64,000 nt of DNA. Source: Octopus vulgaris (lineage: Eukaryota). Shown piece after piece: positions 24,666-37,830 of this stretch (the first letter of the stretch is position 1; each line of letters opens with the position of its first letter). The position numbers were made by a program, and so were the translations under genes. The stretch spans positions 71,548,001 to 71,612,000 of the forward strand of contig OX597833.1 in NCBI GenBank assembly GCA_951406725.2, written 5' to 3'. Under the pieces are notes generated by a model that had not been told where the DNA came from, made no database searches, and saw nothing but the letters and a program-made list of their open reading frames with translations.

Positions 24666-24879
24666 GTCGATGTTAGTCCTTTATTCTACACGCTTGAAAA
24701 AGAGATATTTCAAACAAACACCCACCGAATAAATTGGTGAGACTTGATTTTGGATTTTGAGCTTCTCTCACTAAGGTTACCGCGGTTTCTAGGGCCGCTC
24801 CTCACCGTTTCCCTGCGTCCCTTCCATTTCTGGATGCTAAAACAGGTGGGAGAGGAACCCCCTTCACGCTCAAGTTCTA

Positions 24880-25275
24880 TTACTCTTTTACTTGTTTCAG
24901 TCATTTGACTGCGGCCATGCTGGAGCACCGCCTTTAATCGAGCAACTCGACCTCGGGACTTATTCTTTGTAAGCCCAGTACTTATTCTATCGGTCTCTTT
25001 TGCCGAACCGCTAAGTAACGGGGACATAAACACACCAGCATCGGTTGTCAAGCAATGCTAGGGGGGACAAGCACAGACACACAAACACACAAACACACAT
25101 ACATATACATATATACGACGAGCTTCTTTCAGTTTCCGTCTACCAAATCCACTCACAAGGCATTGGTTGGCCCGAAGCTATAGTAGAAGACACTTGCCCA
25201 AGATGCCACGCAGTGGGACTGAACCCGGAACCATGTGGTTGGTAAGCAAGCTACTTACCACACAGCCACTCCTGC
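24880..25275 (-). mobile_element. SINE family A, full length
   Basis: Family A consensus. Confidence 0.93.
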
Positions 25276-25769
25276 TACATTACTTTGCTACATTAAACAA
25301 TAATTATATATTTTCTATTGATCTCTAATAATAGCCGATATAAATGCTGATTGGTCGGTCGGTTGGTTAAATCTGCAATCCCGCTTTACATCGTACAGAG
25401 AGAGAGAGAGAGAGAGAGAGTAAAAGATGAATACATAGACAGTTGGTAAAGTGATGCAGGACCAGTGCACAAACTAGGCTTGGTGACAAGCAATGAGAGA
25501 ACACTACACTACACACACACGTATGTATCTATGTATAATTAATAATTTTATACTCTGGCATACACATTGTAGTATGCTGTTTAAAGCCTGTTCACTGTAT
25601 TCGGCTACCTCATGTCACCAGCAGTATGGATTTACTTCAGGAATTCCTTCGTGTCCGCAGTTTTATAAAGTATGAGAGAAGGAACAGCACCTCACCCTCG
25701 AGGCGCTGGTACACGAGGGGTCGAAACGATCGCACGCACACACACACACGCACACATATTCTTTCGTTT

Positions 25770-25990
25770 ATTCTTTCTGTTACTTGTTTCAGTCATTTGA
25801 CTGCGGCCATGCAGGAGCACCGCCTTAAAGAGGTTTTAATCGAAGAAATCGACCCCCAGGACTTATTCTTTGTAAGCCCAGTAACTTATTCTATCGGTGT
25901 CTTTTGTCGAACCGCTAAGTTACAGGGACGTAAACACACCAACATCGGTTGTCAAGCGGTGGTGGTGGTAGTGGGAGGGGGACAAACATA
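25770..25990 (-). mobile_element. SINE family A, 3' half
   Basis: Family A consensus. Confidence 0.88.
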
Positions 25991-26366
25991 GACAACAAAC
26001 ATTGAGGGCCTATCAGTAAGCACAGAGCATTTGACACAGGATTAACGTGTGTGTGTGTGTGTGTGTGGCCGCAGTCCAAAGACTGAAACAAGTAAAATAT
26101 ACGACAAAATGACATTTGTTTTTGTAAATGTTTGGCTGAAATAATAAAATAATTAGAAAGAAAAGAAGAGACAAAAAAATGGAGAATTTTTTGCTTGAGA
26201 GCCTCGTTTTCGTTGACTGAATCGAATGTGTGCAATCTATAAGAAGTTATTAAACTTGGTGTTGGTTGCGTTCCACTGAGAAACGGACGAAAATTGGACA
26301 ATTGTGAAAGCGCCATTTTATTTACAAGAGAAACCACTTTAGAGACGATGAGAATACTATTATGCA

Positions 26367-26800
26367 GTCACTCGGTCTGCTAGAAATAGCAGCTGAACTG
26401 CCCTTAGGTCATACCATACTGTCTAAATATATGTATGAACCAACGAAGTGCCTGTATATGGTCACTCAAAATACTAGAAATAGCAGCTAAATCTCCCTCC
26501 AATCACACTCTACTGTCGTGTGTATGAATGAACCAACAAAGGTGTCTTACGTGGTCACTCAAAATGCTAGAGATATCAGTTAAATCAATTAAATCACACC
26601 CTTCTGTCTTACAGATGTATGAGTTAACGAAAATACTTCTAAGTGGTTACTCAAAATGCTAGAAATAGCATTCAAATCTCTTTCAAATTATGCCCTACAG
26701 TATTATGTATGCCTGAGCCAACGAAGGTGCTTGTTTGTACATGGTCACTCAAAATGCTAGATATAGGGACGAAATCTCTTTCAAATCACACAATAGTCTT
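26367..26800 (+). repeat. Five tandem ~93-bp units derived from the family D 5' region
   Basis: gtcactc..ctagaaatagc starts at 26367, 26461, 26554, 26646, 26744. Confidence 0.85.
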
Positions 26801-27829
26801 CTTTTTTTTTAAAAAAAGTATAAAACAAGACGTGGTAGTCACGGCTGCAACGTCTTCCTCATAAGTCTGTTCATCGAGGATTGACCTCATTGATCTGAAC
26901 TATAAAAATCACTTTAGCGTTGGTTGTTATGGTTGTCGTTGTTTCAATTGGTCCTTCGACAATCAGAGACACGATGTCAAGATAAAAGCCAACTGAACGC
27001 TTTCGGGTCAACCACAAATAGCCTGAATTTAGAGCAGAAACTGTGAAATATAGGCGTGAATTAGTGTTTGGTAATTCCATATTTTACATATTTTCCTGTC
27101 TGTCTCTCCTTTTCCCCCTTTCTATACTTCACTCCTTTCTCTCTTTCTCTCCCCCTCTCCCGTCTCTCTCCCTCTTTCTCTCGGCTATTAAATTGTTTTC
27201 GCTCAGATTTAACGCTTCAACTCTCAAAGAAAAAAAGATGCTTCTCGGCAATATTGCCAAGAAAAGATACACAAAGACCATCTTCAATATGGGAATTAAA
27301 AACAAACAAACAAACATTTATGCAACAGAAAAAATAACTATACATACATACATACATACATATATACACGGACATACACACGCACACACACACACACACA
27401 TATATATTATATATATTTATACATACATACACATATACGTACATACACACATACATACATACATACATACACATATACATACATATATATACTTGCGCGC
27501 GCTCACACACACACATCGGTTATATGCAAGAGAAACAGTATTAGATCAAAATAGCCATGTGTGTATCATACACCAGGAAAGGCAAATTAACTGCGGAATT
27601 CGTCTGGAGATTTTTATCTCTTACGGACGTACTGTGTTTAAAAATACAAATATATCAGTAGCAGAGGTAAATAGTCCAGTTATGGGATGAGAATGATTGG
27701 CTTTCGTGTTGTCAGAACGATCCCATTGCATTCTTCAATTGTGTGTGTGTGTGTGTGTGGAGTAACATTATCTTAAATTACACAACACTTCGTATTAACT
27801 TCTTCACGCATTTATTACTTAAGTAACTA

Positions 27830-28154
27830 CTACGGCACTCCATCGGTTACGACGACAAGGGTTCCCGTTGATCCGATCAACGGAACAGCCAGCTCGTGAA
27901 ATTAACGTGCAAGTGGCTGAGCACTCCACAGACACGGGGAGAAATACAGGTACAACAGAAACAGGAAGAAAGAGTGAGAGAAAGTTGTGGTGGAAGAGCA
28001 CAGCAGGGGTTCGCCACCGCTCCCCTGCCGGAGCCTCGTGGAGCTTTAGGTGTTTTCGCCCAATAAACACTCACAAAGCCCGGTCTGGGAATCGAAACCG
28101 CGATCCTATGACCGCGAGTCCGCTGCCCTAATCACTGGGCTATTGCGCCTCCAC
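27830..28154 (-). mobile_element. SINE family C with internal deletion
   Basis: 13-bp TSD acttaagtaacta at 27817-27829 and 28155-28167. Confidence 0.93.
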
Positions 28155-28204
28155 ACTTAAGTAACTAATATCGGTGTGTATATAACACACACTCACACAC
28201 AATC

Positions 28205-28345
28205 GTTTCAAATTTTGATACAAAGCCCGCAATTTCGATGGATGGGGTTAGTCGATTACATCGACCCCAGTGCTCAACTGGTACTTATTTTATCGACCCC
28301 GTAAAGATAAAAGGCAAAGTCGCCCTTCGCGGAATTTGAACTCAG
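28205..28345 (-). mobile_element. SINE family B-related, older
   Basis: atcgaccccagtg..ctggtacttattttatcgacccc..aaaggcaaagtcg. Confidence 0.8.
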
Positions 28346-28816
28346 ATTCTGCCAGTTCGCCACCTTCAACACATACACATTGCATATGTTTATCGCCACT
28401 TAAACGTGGCGATAGATTTAACATACATATTAATGCAAACACTTGAGCTGAGGAGAAATGTGAGATATATTTACGAGCGTATGATTCTTAGTAAACATAG
28501 ATATCATGTTATTGTGACAAGGTACACACCGTAGTGGAAGTCACATACTTTCTCTTTTCTTGTACTCTGTGTCCACAAAAAAAAAATATATATATATATA
28601 TCGATGTGCACGCTAATAAATACCTATAAATTACCACAATCTCTATGCGCAGGGATTAGTAACTGATCACTGATGAGCTGTTAATAAATGCTGAAACTAG
28701 TTAGATAAATCTCTGGCTGAAGAGAGAAAGAACTTGTGGTTCAGCAAAAATAGTCAGTCCTTCTCGGCGGGGCTAAATATGAATTTACTTAAAATAAAGG
28801 ACAAGAAAACAAGAAA

Positions 28817-29095
28817 TGCACAGGTGGCTGTGCTTGCTCTCTAACTATATGGTTCTGGGTTCAATTCCACTGCATGGCATCTTGGGTAAATTTCTTCTAG
28901 CCGACCACCGCTATGTGAAAACTGAAAGATGCCTGTCGTGTGTGTGTGTGTGTGTATGTAGATATATGTGTGTATGTGTGTGTGTGTGTCTCTCTCTATA
29001 TATATATGTCTGTGTTTATCTTCTTGACTCGGTGTTGGTGTGTTTACATCCCCATACCTTAGTAGTTCGGCAAAAGAGACAGAATGAGTAAGTAT
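28817..29095 (+). mobile_element. SINE family A, old copy
   Basis: Diverged family A motifs. Confidence 0.75.
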
Positions 29096-29167
29096 CAGAA
29101 TTAAAAAATAAAATGTAAACGATTCGTAGTTCACCTTTCGTCTCCAGGAGAAGGGAGTAGGACAACT

Positions 29168-29210
29168 GCTGTGCTGATGACGTCTGCCGAGGCAGAAACG
29201 CGTCTCCGCT
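29168..29210 (+). ncRNA. Candidate minimal hammerhead ribozyme (canonical CUGAUGA core, Penelope-type GAAACGCGUC)
   Basis: gctgtg-CTGATGA-cgtc-tgcc(ga)ggca-GAAACGCGTC-tccgc; stem I pairs poorly. Confidence 0.4.
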
Positions 29211-30383
29211 TTGCTATTCTCTTATCTTCAGACGACTAGACTGACTTATCCTTCTTAGATGACAGACCAGTTTTGGAGAGTTCTTGATTCTTGAAATGTT
29301 CTCTTCTTCTCGTTTGGAGTTGGGTCCAATTGGCACCAAGGAATTGGTCCAACCAACATGAAATGGGAAATAATTTCAATAAATCAACAAATATTCTTGT
29401 TTGTTATTAAATAAATGGCACGGACCGCTCTGTATTATTTCTGTTAACTCACTTTCCGTATGTTTGTGTGGTGTGTGTTTGTGTGTTGTGTGTGCATGTG
29501 TGTGCGTGTGGTCGAACAGTTCTTGGCTGAAACCCGCATTACACGAAGTTTCATAGAGATTTATGACAGGTATTTGAATTAATTAAACACGTGTTTACGC
29601 AGCCTGTTTATGCACACACACACACACACACACAATACAATACATATTGTAATATAATATTTATCATCTGCCCCTTGTCTTTTGTTAAAAAAACATTAGG
29701 CACATTACATATTAAGTATTTTCGCTCTTTTAGCGAATCGTTGTACGTGAGCAGCCGATGTCACGACATCACGACACCATTGAATGTTTTTTCACACATT
29801 TTCCTCTTCTCAAAGCAACACTTTTGTCTTTCTTTTGTCAATTTTTTGCTCAGCAGTCTTTTCTCTCTCTCGTCTCGCTCATTTCTTTGACATATTTCAT
29901 TTCCCAAATGCGAATTTTCTCTTACAATGTTTTCGTTATCATTATTATTATTACTATTATTACTATCACCATCATGATCATCATCATCGTCATAACCCGA
30001 GCAGACTTTATTGTGTTCGTTGCCTCTCTTCTTCTCCCGCTCAGCTCATACTTAACTTCACCATCGCTTACCTTTCCAGCTCAGTGATTCACAGCCGTTT
30101 CTTTCAGTTTTAATCTCTTTTTCTTTTGCCAAAAAAACCCAAAAACACTGGCATTTCATATTACTTGGAGGGGAAGGGGTGTGCGCGCGCGTGTGTGTGT
30201 TCGTTTGTTTTCTTTTTCTTCGTTCCGTGACACGACATTCTCAAAGTCTTGTCTTCTTGTCTCTAACTCTGACCTCCTCCATCTTCCCTCCACTCCAGTC
30301 TCTATCTGCTTTGTTCGTTATCTATCAATCTAGTCATTCTCTGTGAATGTATACACACGAATATGGATGTATATATGTATAGA

Positions 30384-30685
30384 TATCTATCTGTCTTTAT
30401 CTTTTCCTCTCTACCTATCTATCAATCTATCTGTCTGTCTGATTATCCCTATCTATCTATCTACCTATCTCTATCTCTCTGTCTATCTATCCATCTCTCT
30501 CTCTCTCTACCTATCTATATCTCTCTCTCTCTCTCTACCTATCTATCTCTCTCTCTACCTATCTATATCTATCTCTCAACCTATCTCTCTCTCTCTCTAT
30601 CTATTTATCTATCTATCTCTCTACCTATCTATATATATCTATCTCTCTACCTATCTATCTATATATATATATATCTATCTATCGC
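30384..30685. repeat. (TATC)/(CT) compound microsatellite
   Basis: Direct inspection. Confidence 0.95.
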
Positions 30686-31258
30686 TGTCTTTCGTCTGTT
30701 TCCTTGTCTATGTTGTTATTTAACCCCTGGTTGGCCGTGAAAAGCAGACCTATGTACATCGGCGTTCCGGCTGTGACCATCTTGTCTGTTGACATCAGAC
30801 ACTACATCATCAACTTTGTACTTTTTTACGTTAAAAAGTTGTGTGTAATTTGAGGGAGGTTTGGCTGTTATCTCTAAAAGGTCGAGCAATTGCTAAGAGT
30901 CTTCGTTGTTCTTAGTTCAAGTCAATCCTGATCGAACAGATTTGTAATACACACCATCCAAGCCGTGCCATTGTTTAGGGGACAACAATCTAAGACTCGC
31001 TTACGTAACGTTTCCGTCCCTTTTCAAGCCAAATCCCCCTCAAATACTCTTCGCCTCTTTAAGGTGGAAGACGTTGTTTAAGGGAGATTTGGCTGCTATT
31101 TCCCAGAAGGTCGTGCCACCACGTTAGAGGTTTCGTCTGTCTTATCACTGCACAGCTTATCCAGCTAATCTAATTTATTTATCTAAGTGTAAAGAAGGGA
31201 GATTAAAAAGATAAAGTAAAGTCCGCCACTGGAGCCATGGAGCCATGGAGCCATGGAG

Positions 31259-31296
<38 letters not shown>

Positions 31297-31627
31297 GGGG
31301 TGGGAGGAGGAGAGACTGGCAGATCGTTTCATGCTTTCTCTACCTCCCACTCGCTCTCTCGCCCATTCCTTTCTATCTTTGCAATTTCCTCTTCACACCG
31401 TATTTTCCTTTTACTCCATCTATCCTTAGCCATTCTCTTTTCTTTCTCTCTGCAGCTCTTGTCTCTCTTACTCTGTCACGCACGACTTTCTCTGTCATAC
31501 AATCCTCCCGTTCTCTCTCCCTCTCTCATTCCCTTTACTCTGTCACACATCCCCCCTCTCTATTTAACAAGTATTCACTGTCACTTCTACTCTTGTAGCT
31601 TTTCTTCTATTCCTCCTCCCGTCTATT

Positions 31628-31661
<34 letters not shown>

Positions 31662-32461
31662 CTATTTAGCTGCATCTTAATTTCTCCCCCTCCTTCTTCC
31701 TCCTTTAAACTTTTCTTTCTCTCACCCTCCTTCTCCCACTCTCGCTTTGTCCTCTTTCTCTTTATCTCTGCCTCCCTCCTACTCTGTCAGTCCTGTTGCT
31801 GTGACTACTACCGAAAAGCTGAGAGGCGTCGTCGAATGGCAGGTGGCATATCACGTGACCGAGCTCTTTAGATCTACCGCTTCTACCACCACCACCACCA
31901 CCATCATCATCATCTTCATGATCACTTCCACTATCACTCATCGCGACAATTATTCCTCCCACCCCCCTATGCTGTCGCCACCGCCGTCACACTTACCTTC
32001 TCATCGCCGCCACCACCACCACCACCACTATGATCATTACTAAGTAGTACACCGCCACCGCCGCCTTCACCACCATTACGACCTCTACCACAAACACAAT
32101 AAATATCTTTGCATTTCTCTTTCTCTCTCTCTCTCTCTCTCCCACCGCACCCCTCTCCTTCAGTCACGCACAACACTCACCCCTCTTACTACACCCCGAA
32201 CAACAATACCAACAACAACAACAACGACACCTAGCAACACAGCGTGGGAGCCTCTACGCGGTCGCGTGGCCTGCTCGAAATAACAGCTTGATCTCCCTCA
32301 AATCGCAAACCCTTAATATCTTAAATAAAGGACATAATAATAATAATGTAGGGTTTTGCAGTCTTAAAAAATAAAAAAGGGACGACATGGTGACAATTGA
32401 AATGGGGTTTTTTTTCTTCTTTTGCGGTCTTTTCCCCTGAATCGGGGTTGATTTGGTGCTA

Positions 32462-32625
32462 AACAACAACAACAACACAAGCACCACCGCCACCACCACC
32501 ACGACTGCTATCACCACCGCCTCCGCCGCCACCACCACCACCACGACTGCTACCACCACCGCCTCCGCCGCCACCACCACCACCACGACTGCTACCACCG
32601 CCTCCGCCGCCGCCATCATCATCAA
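32462..32625. repeat. (ACC/GCC)n-rich tandem repeat with ~39-bp period
   Basis: caccaccaccacgactgctaccaccaccgcctccgccgc repeated about three times; lies in the putative 3' UTR. Confidence 0.85.
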
Positions 32626-32786
32626 CATTCCAACTCTATTTACTAACATCAGTAGCAGCACAATAACAAATCTCCCATGCTGTAACGACGACCGTGACCA
32701 ACCCGTCTTACTACTTACTACTAACAGCAACAACAAGAAGAAGCACGAAAACAACAAACCGTCACCTACCACCACCACCACCACCT

Positions 32787-32819
<33 letters not shown>

Positions 32820-33020
32820 TCTCCAGTAGTACAATAACAAACTGCCCTGCCGTGTCGTTCGTGACATAGACACACATAGATACCATCCACACAAAACACA
32901 AACACACACACACGCGCGCACAGATCCCTACCGACAGATCGTCCCCCATCGCCGCCCTTAAAAAACCCCTCCACCTAAAGGCTCACCCCCACCAAAAAGG
33001 CTCACCCCCCGCCGCCGCCA

Positions 33021-33121
33021 TCAGCTTCTAACCAAGTCGGCCGTCGACACTTCAACGATGCGGCTCTTTAACGCTACCAAAGCGAACTGCTCTTCTGCCA
33101 GATATTCCTCCTGTGCCAATT
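33021..33121 (-). CDS. Probable terminal coding exon of an unidentified host gene (xLAQEEYLAEEQFALVALKSRIVEVSTADLVRS*)
   Basis: Acceptor gtgtttttggcaccgtttgtccgcag, phase 1 (2 nt + 33 codons incl. TGA); unique, higher-GC, protein-like sequence in a repeat desert; family not recognised. Confidence 0.65.
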
Positions 33122-33344
33122 CTGCGGACAAACGGTGCCAAAAACACGGTAGAGTTTTACCTTTTTTTCCATTTATTTCACACTTTTATCAACTAACAAC
33201 AACCAGCATGCTAGAAATAGCAGGCAAAAAAAAAAAATCCTTCACTCGAGTCACAAAAACACGCGCAAACATAATTTATGTACCTGTTGACTAAAACCTC
33301 CGTACGTACGTGTGTTTATATGTGTGTATATATATATATATATA

Positions 33345-33482
33345 TTCCGCCGAAGTCGACTTTGCCTTTCATCCTTTCGGGGTCGATAAATAAAGTACCA
33401 GTTTTGCAACTGGGGTCATTGTGATTTCTTTGTCCTTGTTTGTCCCCTCTATGTTTAGCCCCTTGTGGGCAGTAAAGAAATA
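33345..33482 (+). mobile_element. SINE family B, 5'-truncated
   Basis: B centre and type-1 tail. Confidence 0.88.
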
Positions 33483-34309
33483 TATATATATATATATGTT
33501 TGTGTGTGTATATGTATGTATGTATATATGTATATGTTTGTGTGTGCATAAATGTACGTGTATATCATAGCCAAAGCACTTCTACGGCTGTTTTCACACG
33601 TTCATGTACCACTGCGTGGTCGCTTGACCAGGCAGCGATAGCAGCTAAATCCCTCCTTAAATCAAACCCTACCATATGAAAATAATATATAAATAAATAA
33701 AGGGAAGCGGAGCCTCTAAACGTGGTCATTGGACCCGCTAGAAATAAAGCCCAAATCCCACTCCGATCACGTCTTTCAATAATGAATTCTGGTCTAGTTT
33801 AGGTCGGTCAGATCTGACCAGGGGTTAAACGTTAACAACCACGCAACATCATCGTTGTTATTGTCATCAACGTTGTCATTGCTGTTGTTATTGTCACCGT
33901 TGTTTCATATGGTGATCTATTTTCGAGTTTTAATCAGCTTAGAGACACAAACGAGACTTCTGAAATGTTTGACCTCTTCCAACTTCTCCGTAGACATCAA
34001 TATTTTGCTATTTCCTTCTCTCTCGAAGCTCGTAAGCACTTTTAAGAGATATACATGTTTGATATTTCTTATTCACATTACGGAAACACGCGCAAACATA
34101 TATACCTGTTGACTAAAATTCCCATACAATTATATCTACACACATAAATGCATATAAATACAGATAGACTGGCATACACCCTCTGAGATAGAGAAATACA
34201 GGCCGACAGATAGAGGGGTAGATATAGAGAGATAGATAGGTAGACAGACAGATACCGACTGAGATAGAAAGAGAGGCTTATCGAGAGAGAGAGAGAGAGA
34301 CAGACAGAC

Positions 34310-34755
<446 letters not shown>

Positions 34756-35381
34756 GGAGATGATCTCTGGTTTAACTCGATACCCTTCTCACGATATTTT
34801 TTCTGTCATTAACGCGTCACTTAACCTGCTAGAAATAGCACCATAATCCCACCCAAATCATTTCCTACTTTAAAAAAAGATTATAATGTGCTGTTGGATG
34901 TACTGCCCTTTAAAAACGATGAGATGGTCACCTTGGGAATGTCTCTGACCATAGACTCGATCATTGCAATAAACCACCAAATGTTTGCTGTCATTTACTC
35001 ATGTGATAATTTATTTCATTAAAAAACCCCTCCGTTTTCCAGTTTACCTTTAAAATGTTCGGCACATGTAATATTAGTTCATTAAGTAACGAACTACTTC
35101 TACGCTTGTTGTTGTTTAAACTCTTGGTCGGCCTCAGTTGAACATCATTGAAGATCAAAAGCGTTCCAGTTGTGCCAGTCCCATCTTTTTTTTTATATAT
35201 GTTTATCGAAACATGGTTTAGCAAGGACTACTCTACATCAATACGGTGTGCGCTATTTTTTTCTCGGGAGATTTCCTTGTTATTTCTAGCAGATTGAGTG
35301 GTTACAAAGAAGCTCCTGCCCTCACCCCGAATTTCAGTGTAACTCTCTCTCTCACACACACACACACGTACATGCATATAC

Positions 35382-35396
35382 CTGTTGCTATAATAC
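35382..35396 (-). CDS. Candidate 15-nt microexon (x-I-I-A-T) of the same gene
   Basis: Minus strand actaac-aaatttcattttacag|GTATTATAGCAACAG|gtatatgcatg: branch point, pyrimidine tract, AG/GT borders; stop-free when read in phase with the 33121 exon. Confidence 0.5.
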
Positions 35397-35572
35397 CTGT
35401 AAAATGAAATTTGTTAGTAATATCTCTAAATAAATATGCTTCTATCCATAATCCTTGCTACCTGAACGATCGCACAAAAGCAAGAAACTCGGAGTAGCGC
35501 CGATTGAAGTGCATCTATTGCCAACAAATAAACTATGCGTTGAATACCTTTTCATCTATGTGTACACCCTCA

Positions 35573-35618
<46 letters not shown>

Positions 35619-35649
35619 CCTTTTTCTCCCCTTATAGTTTTAGTGTCAA

Positions 35650-35695
<46 letters not shown>

Positions 35696-35815
35696 GGGCA
35701 AAGAGCATTTGTCTTCGTCCCTGGGTCCTTATTCGCACCTGCAACCAAATTAATTTGCTTCTTAGGTTGTACCTGCCAAGTTCACTTGGTTTAACTTCTA
35801 CAACTGCTGCTGCTG

Positions 35816-35849
<34 letters not shown>

Positions 35850-36464
35850 AACAAAAATGTGACTGCGTGGTTGCATGACTTGCTAGAAATAAGAGCCTAA
35901 TTTCCTTCAAGGAATCCACACAGAAATAACGCAGTCCAGATGATTGCATTGCAGTCACGACTATGAAGAGACCCCTGAACAGAGTCGATCTGCTCCGACC
36001 CCGCGTTTAACAACCGACAGTGCTTCAGCCCTTTGTCAATTTCGCGCGCTCAAAATGAACGCGAAGGTAAACATGCCAAGATGAAGAATGGATTATTGTT
36101 CTGGAATCGATAAGTTCCTTTGCGGAAAACTTTGCTTTCGCTCCAATTCTATAATTTATGAAGATTTCACATGTATAAACACCCACAGATATTTATATAT
36201 ATACATACATGCATATGTACATACGTACACACGCTGTATATTAAAGAGGAGGTGTATGATATTCGTATACGCAGAGTTAATACTGGTGCTTACATAATAT
36301 AAACACACGACCTGGTTCTCTCTCATTTACACTCACACACACAAACGTTTATGTGTGTCTATTCAGGCACGCCCACCTTCACGTAGTTTTAACGTTTTAT
36401 GTATACGTATGTTTATGTGTATGTGTGCACCTAGGTATATACATTATATATAAATATATATATA

Positions 36465-36540
36465 TGAGCGTTATACTAATACATCTGTTTGTTTTGGACA
36501 CCACCTGTCTTCGTCTTTTGTTTTTTTCGTAAACTCTCCC
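36465..36540 (+). mobile_element. Family E1 3' fragment
   Basis: Reverse complement of 1082-1157; flanked by (TA)n and (CT)n. Confidence 0.7.
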
Positions 36541-36686
36541 TCTCTCTCTCTCTCTATATATATATATATGTATGTATGTAATGAATGTATGTATATGTGT
36601 GTGTGTGCGCGGTGTATTCATACATGCATGTATACAATGTGTATAAGTATGTTTAATTCATTTTACTGTGTGCGTGTAAAATCAAA

Positions 36687-36728
<42 letters not shown>

Positions 36729-36979
36729 TAAAATACACCAAAAAACTTGCTCTCACGTATGCCTTGTATTTCTTTAGAGGTGAATACATACATATATTAA
36801 TTTGCTTCTTACGTTGTACCTGGGAAGCAACAAACTTTTTCCAACCACCGCTTTTCTGAATGCCCTGAAGAAGGGCTCTTCACCCCGAAATATAGAAACA
36901 CAAAGTAAAACTGAAGCTTTGTTCTGTTTTCTTTTCATTTTGTAGTTTACTTTGTGCCTTCTCGTATGTATGCGTGTGT

Positions 36980-37522
36980 GTGTGTTTGTCTTTGTGCATA
37001 TGTTGTCCCTTCCTCAGCCCTTGACAACCGGCGTTGGTTTGTTTGTTATTCCCGTTACATAGCGGTTCGGCAGAAAAGAGACTGATAGAATATGTACCAG
37101 GCTTAAAACCAAAAAGTACTGTGATCGATTTGTTCGACTCGACTCTTTAAGGCGGTGCCCCAGCATGGCCATAGTCTTAGTGACTGAAACAAATAAAAGA
37201 TTATATATATAAATTTGAACTATATATATATATATAGGCGCTTGGCTGTGTGGTGCGTGACACCTTGGGCAAGTGTCTTCTGCTATAGCCCTGGGCAGAC
37301 CAAAGACTTGTGAGTGGATTTGGTAGACGGAACCTGAAAGAAACCCATCCTATCTATATGTGTGTGTGTGGGTGTTTTACGTCCCCGTAACTTAACTGTT
37401 CGGCAAAAGAGACCGATAAAATAAGTACTAGGCTGACAAAGAATAAGTCCTGGGGTTGATTTGTCTCGACTAAAGGCGGTGCTCCAGCATGGCCGCAGTC
37501 AACTGACTGAAACAAGTAAAGG
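36980..37522 (+). mobile_element. Two adjacent family A copies (3' half; partially deleted full copy)
   Basis: Family A consensus. Confidence 0.85.
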
Positions 37523-37830
37523 AATAACAGAATATATATGAGTGTATCGTGTGTGCACATGGGTAATTTGTGTGTGTGGTAGGTATACGCAAAATTCATG
37601 TAGACCCCTCCCATACTAACTCCACCAACTTCCACCCCATTAATCCACCCCTTCCTCCCGGACCGCCACCCCGCCACCCCTCTGATCTTTCTGCTGTCAT
37701 TGACTTACAAACGTTCAAAGTGAACATCGCCCGTATCAATCTCACCTGTCTTAATCTCACTGTATCAGTCTCACCTGTAGCATTTTAGCTATAGCCACCC
37801 CGTCTCTTGTGACTATAGTATATCTGAGAG

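Noticed and set aside
27043-27690. 215-aa ORF
   Set aside because: Built from CT and CATA microsatellites; no domain features
32254-32949. 231-aa hydrophobic ORF and the opposite Thr-rich ORF
   Set aside because: Trinucleotide repeats plus a family D copy; better explained as 3' UTR of the 33021-33121 exon
36805-36835. Possible 7-nt microexon (cttcccag|gtacaac|gtaag, minus)
   Set aside because: Not a multiple of three, and flank resembles a decayed SINE A head
37600-37830. Possible CR1/L2 3' end (VIDLQTFKVNI)
   Set aside because: Only one weak motif; too decayed to call
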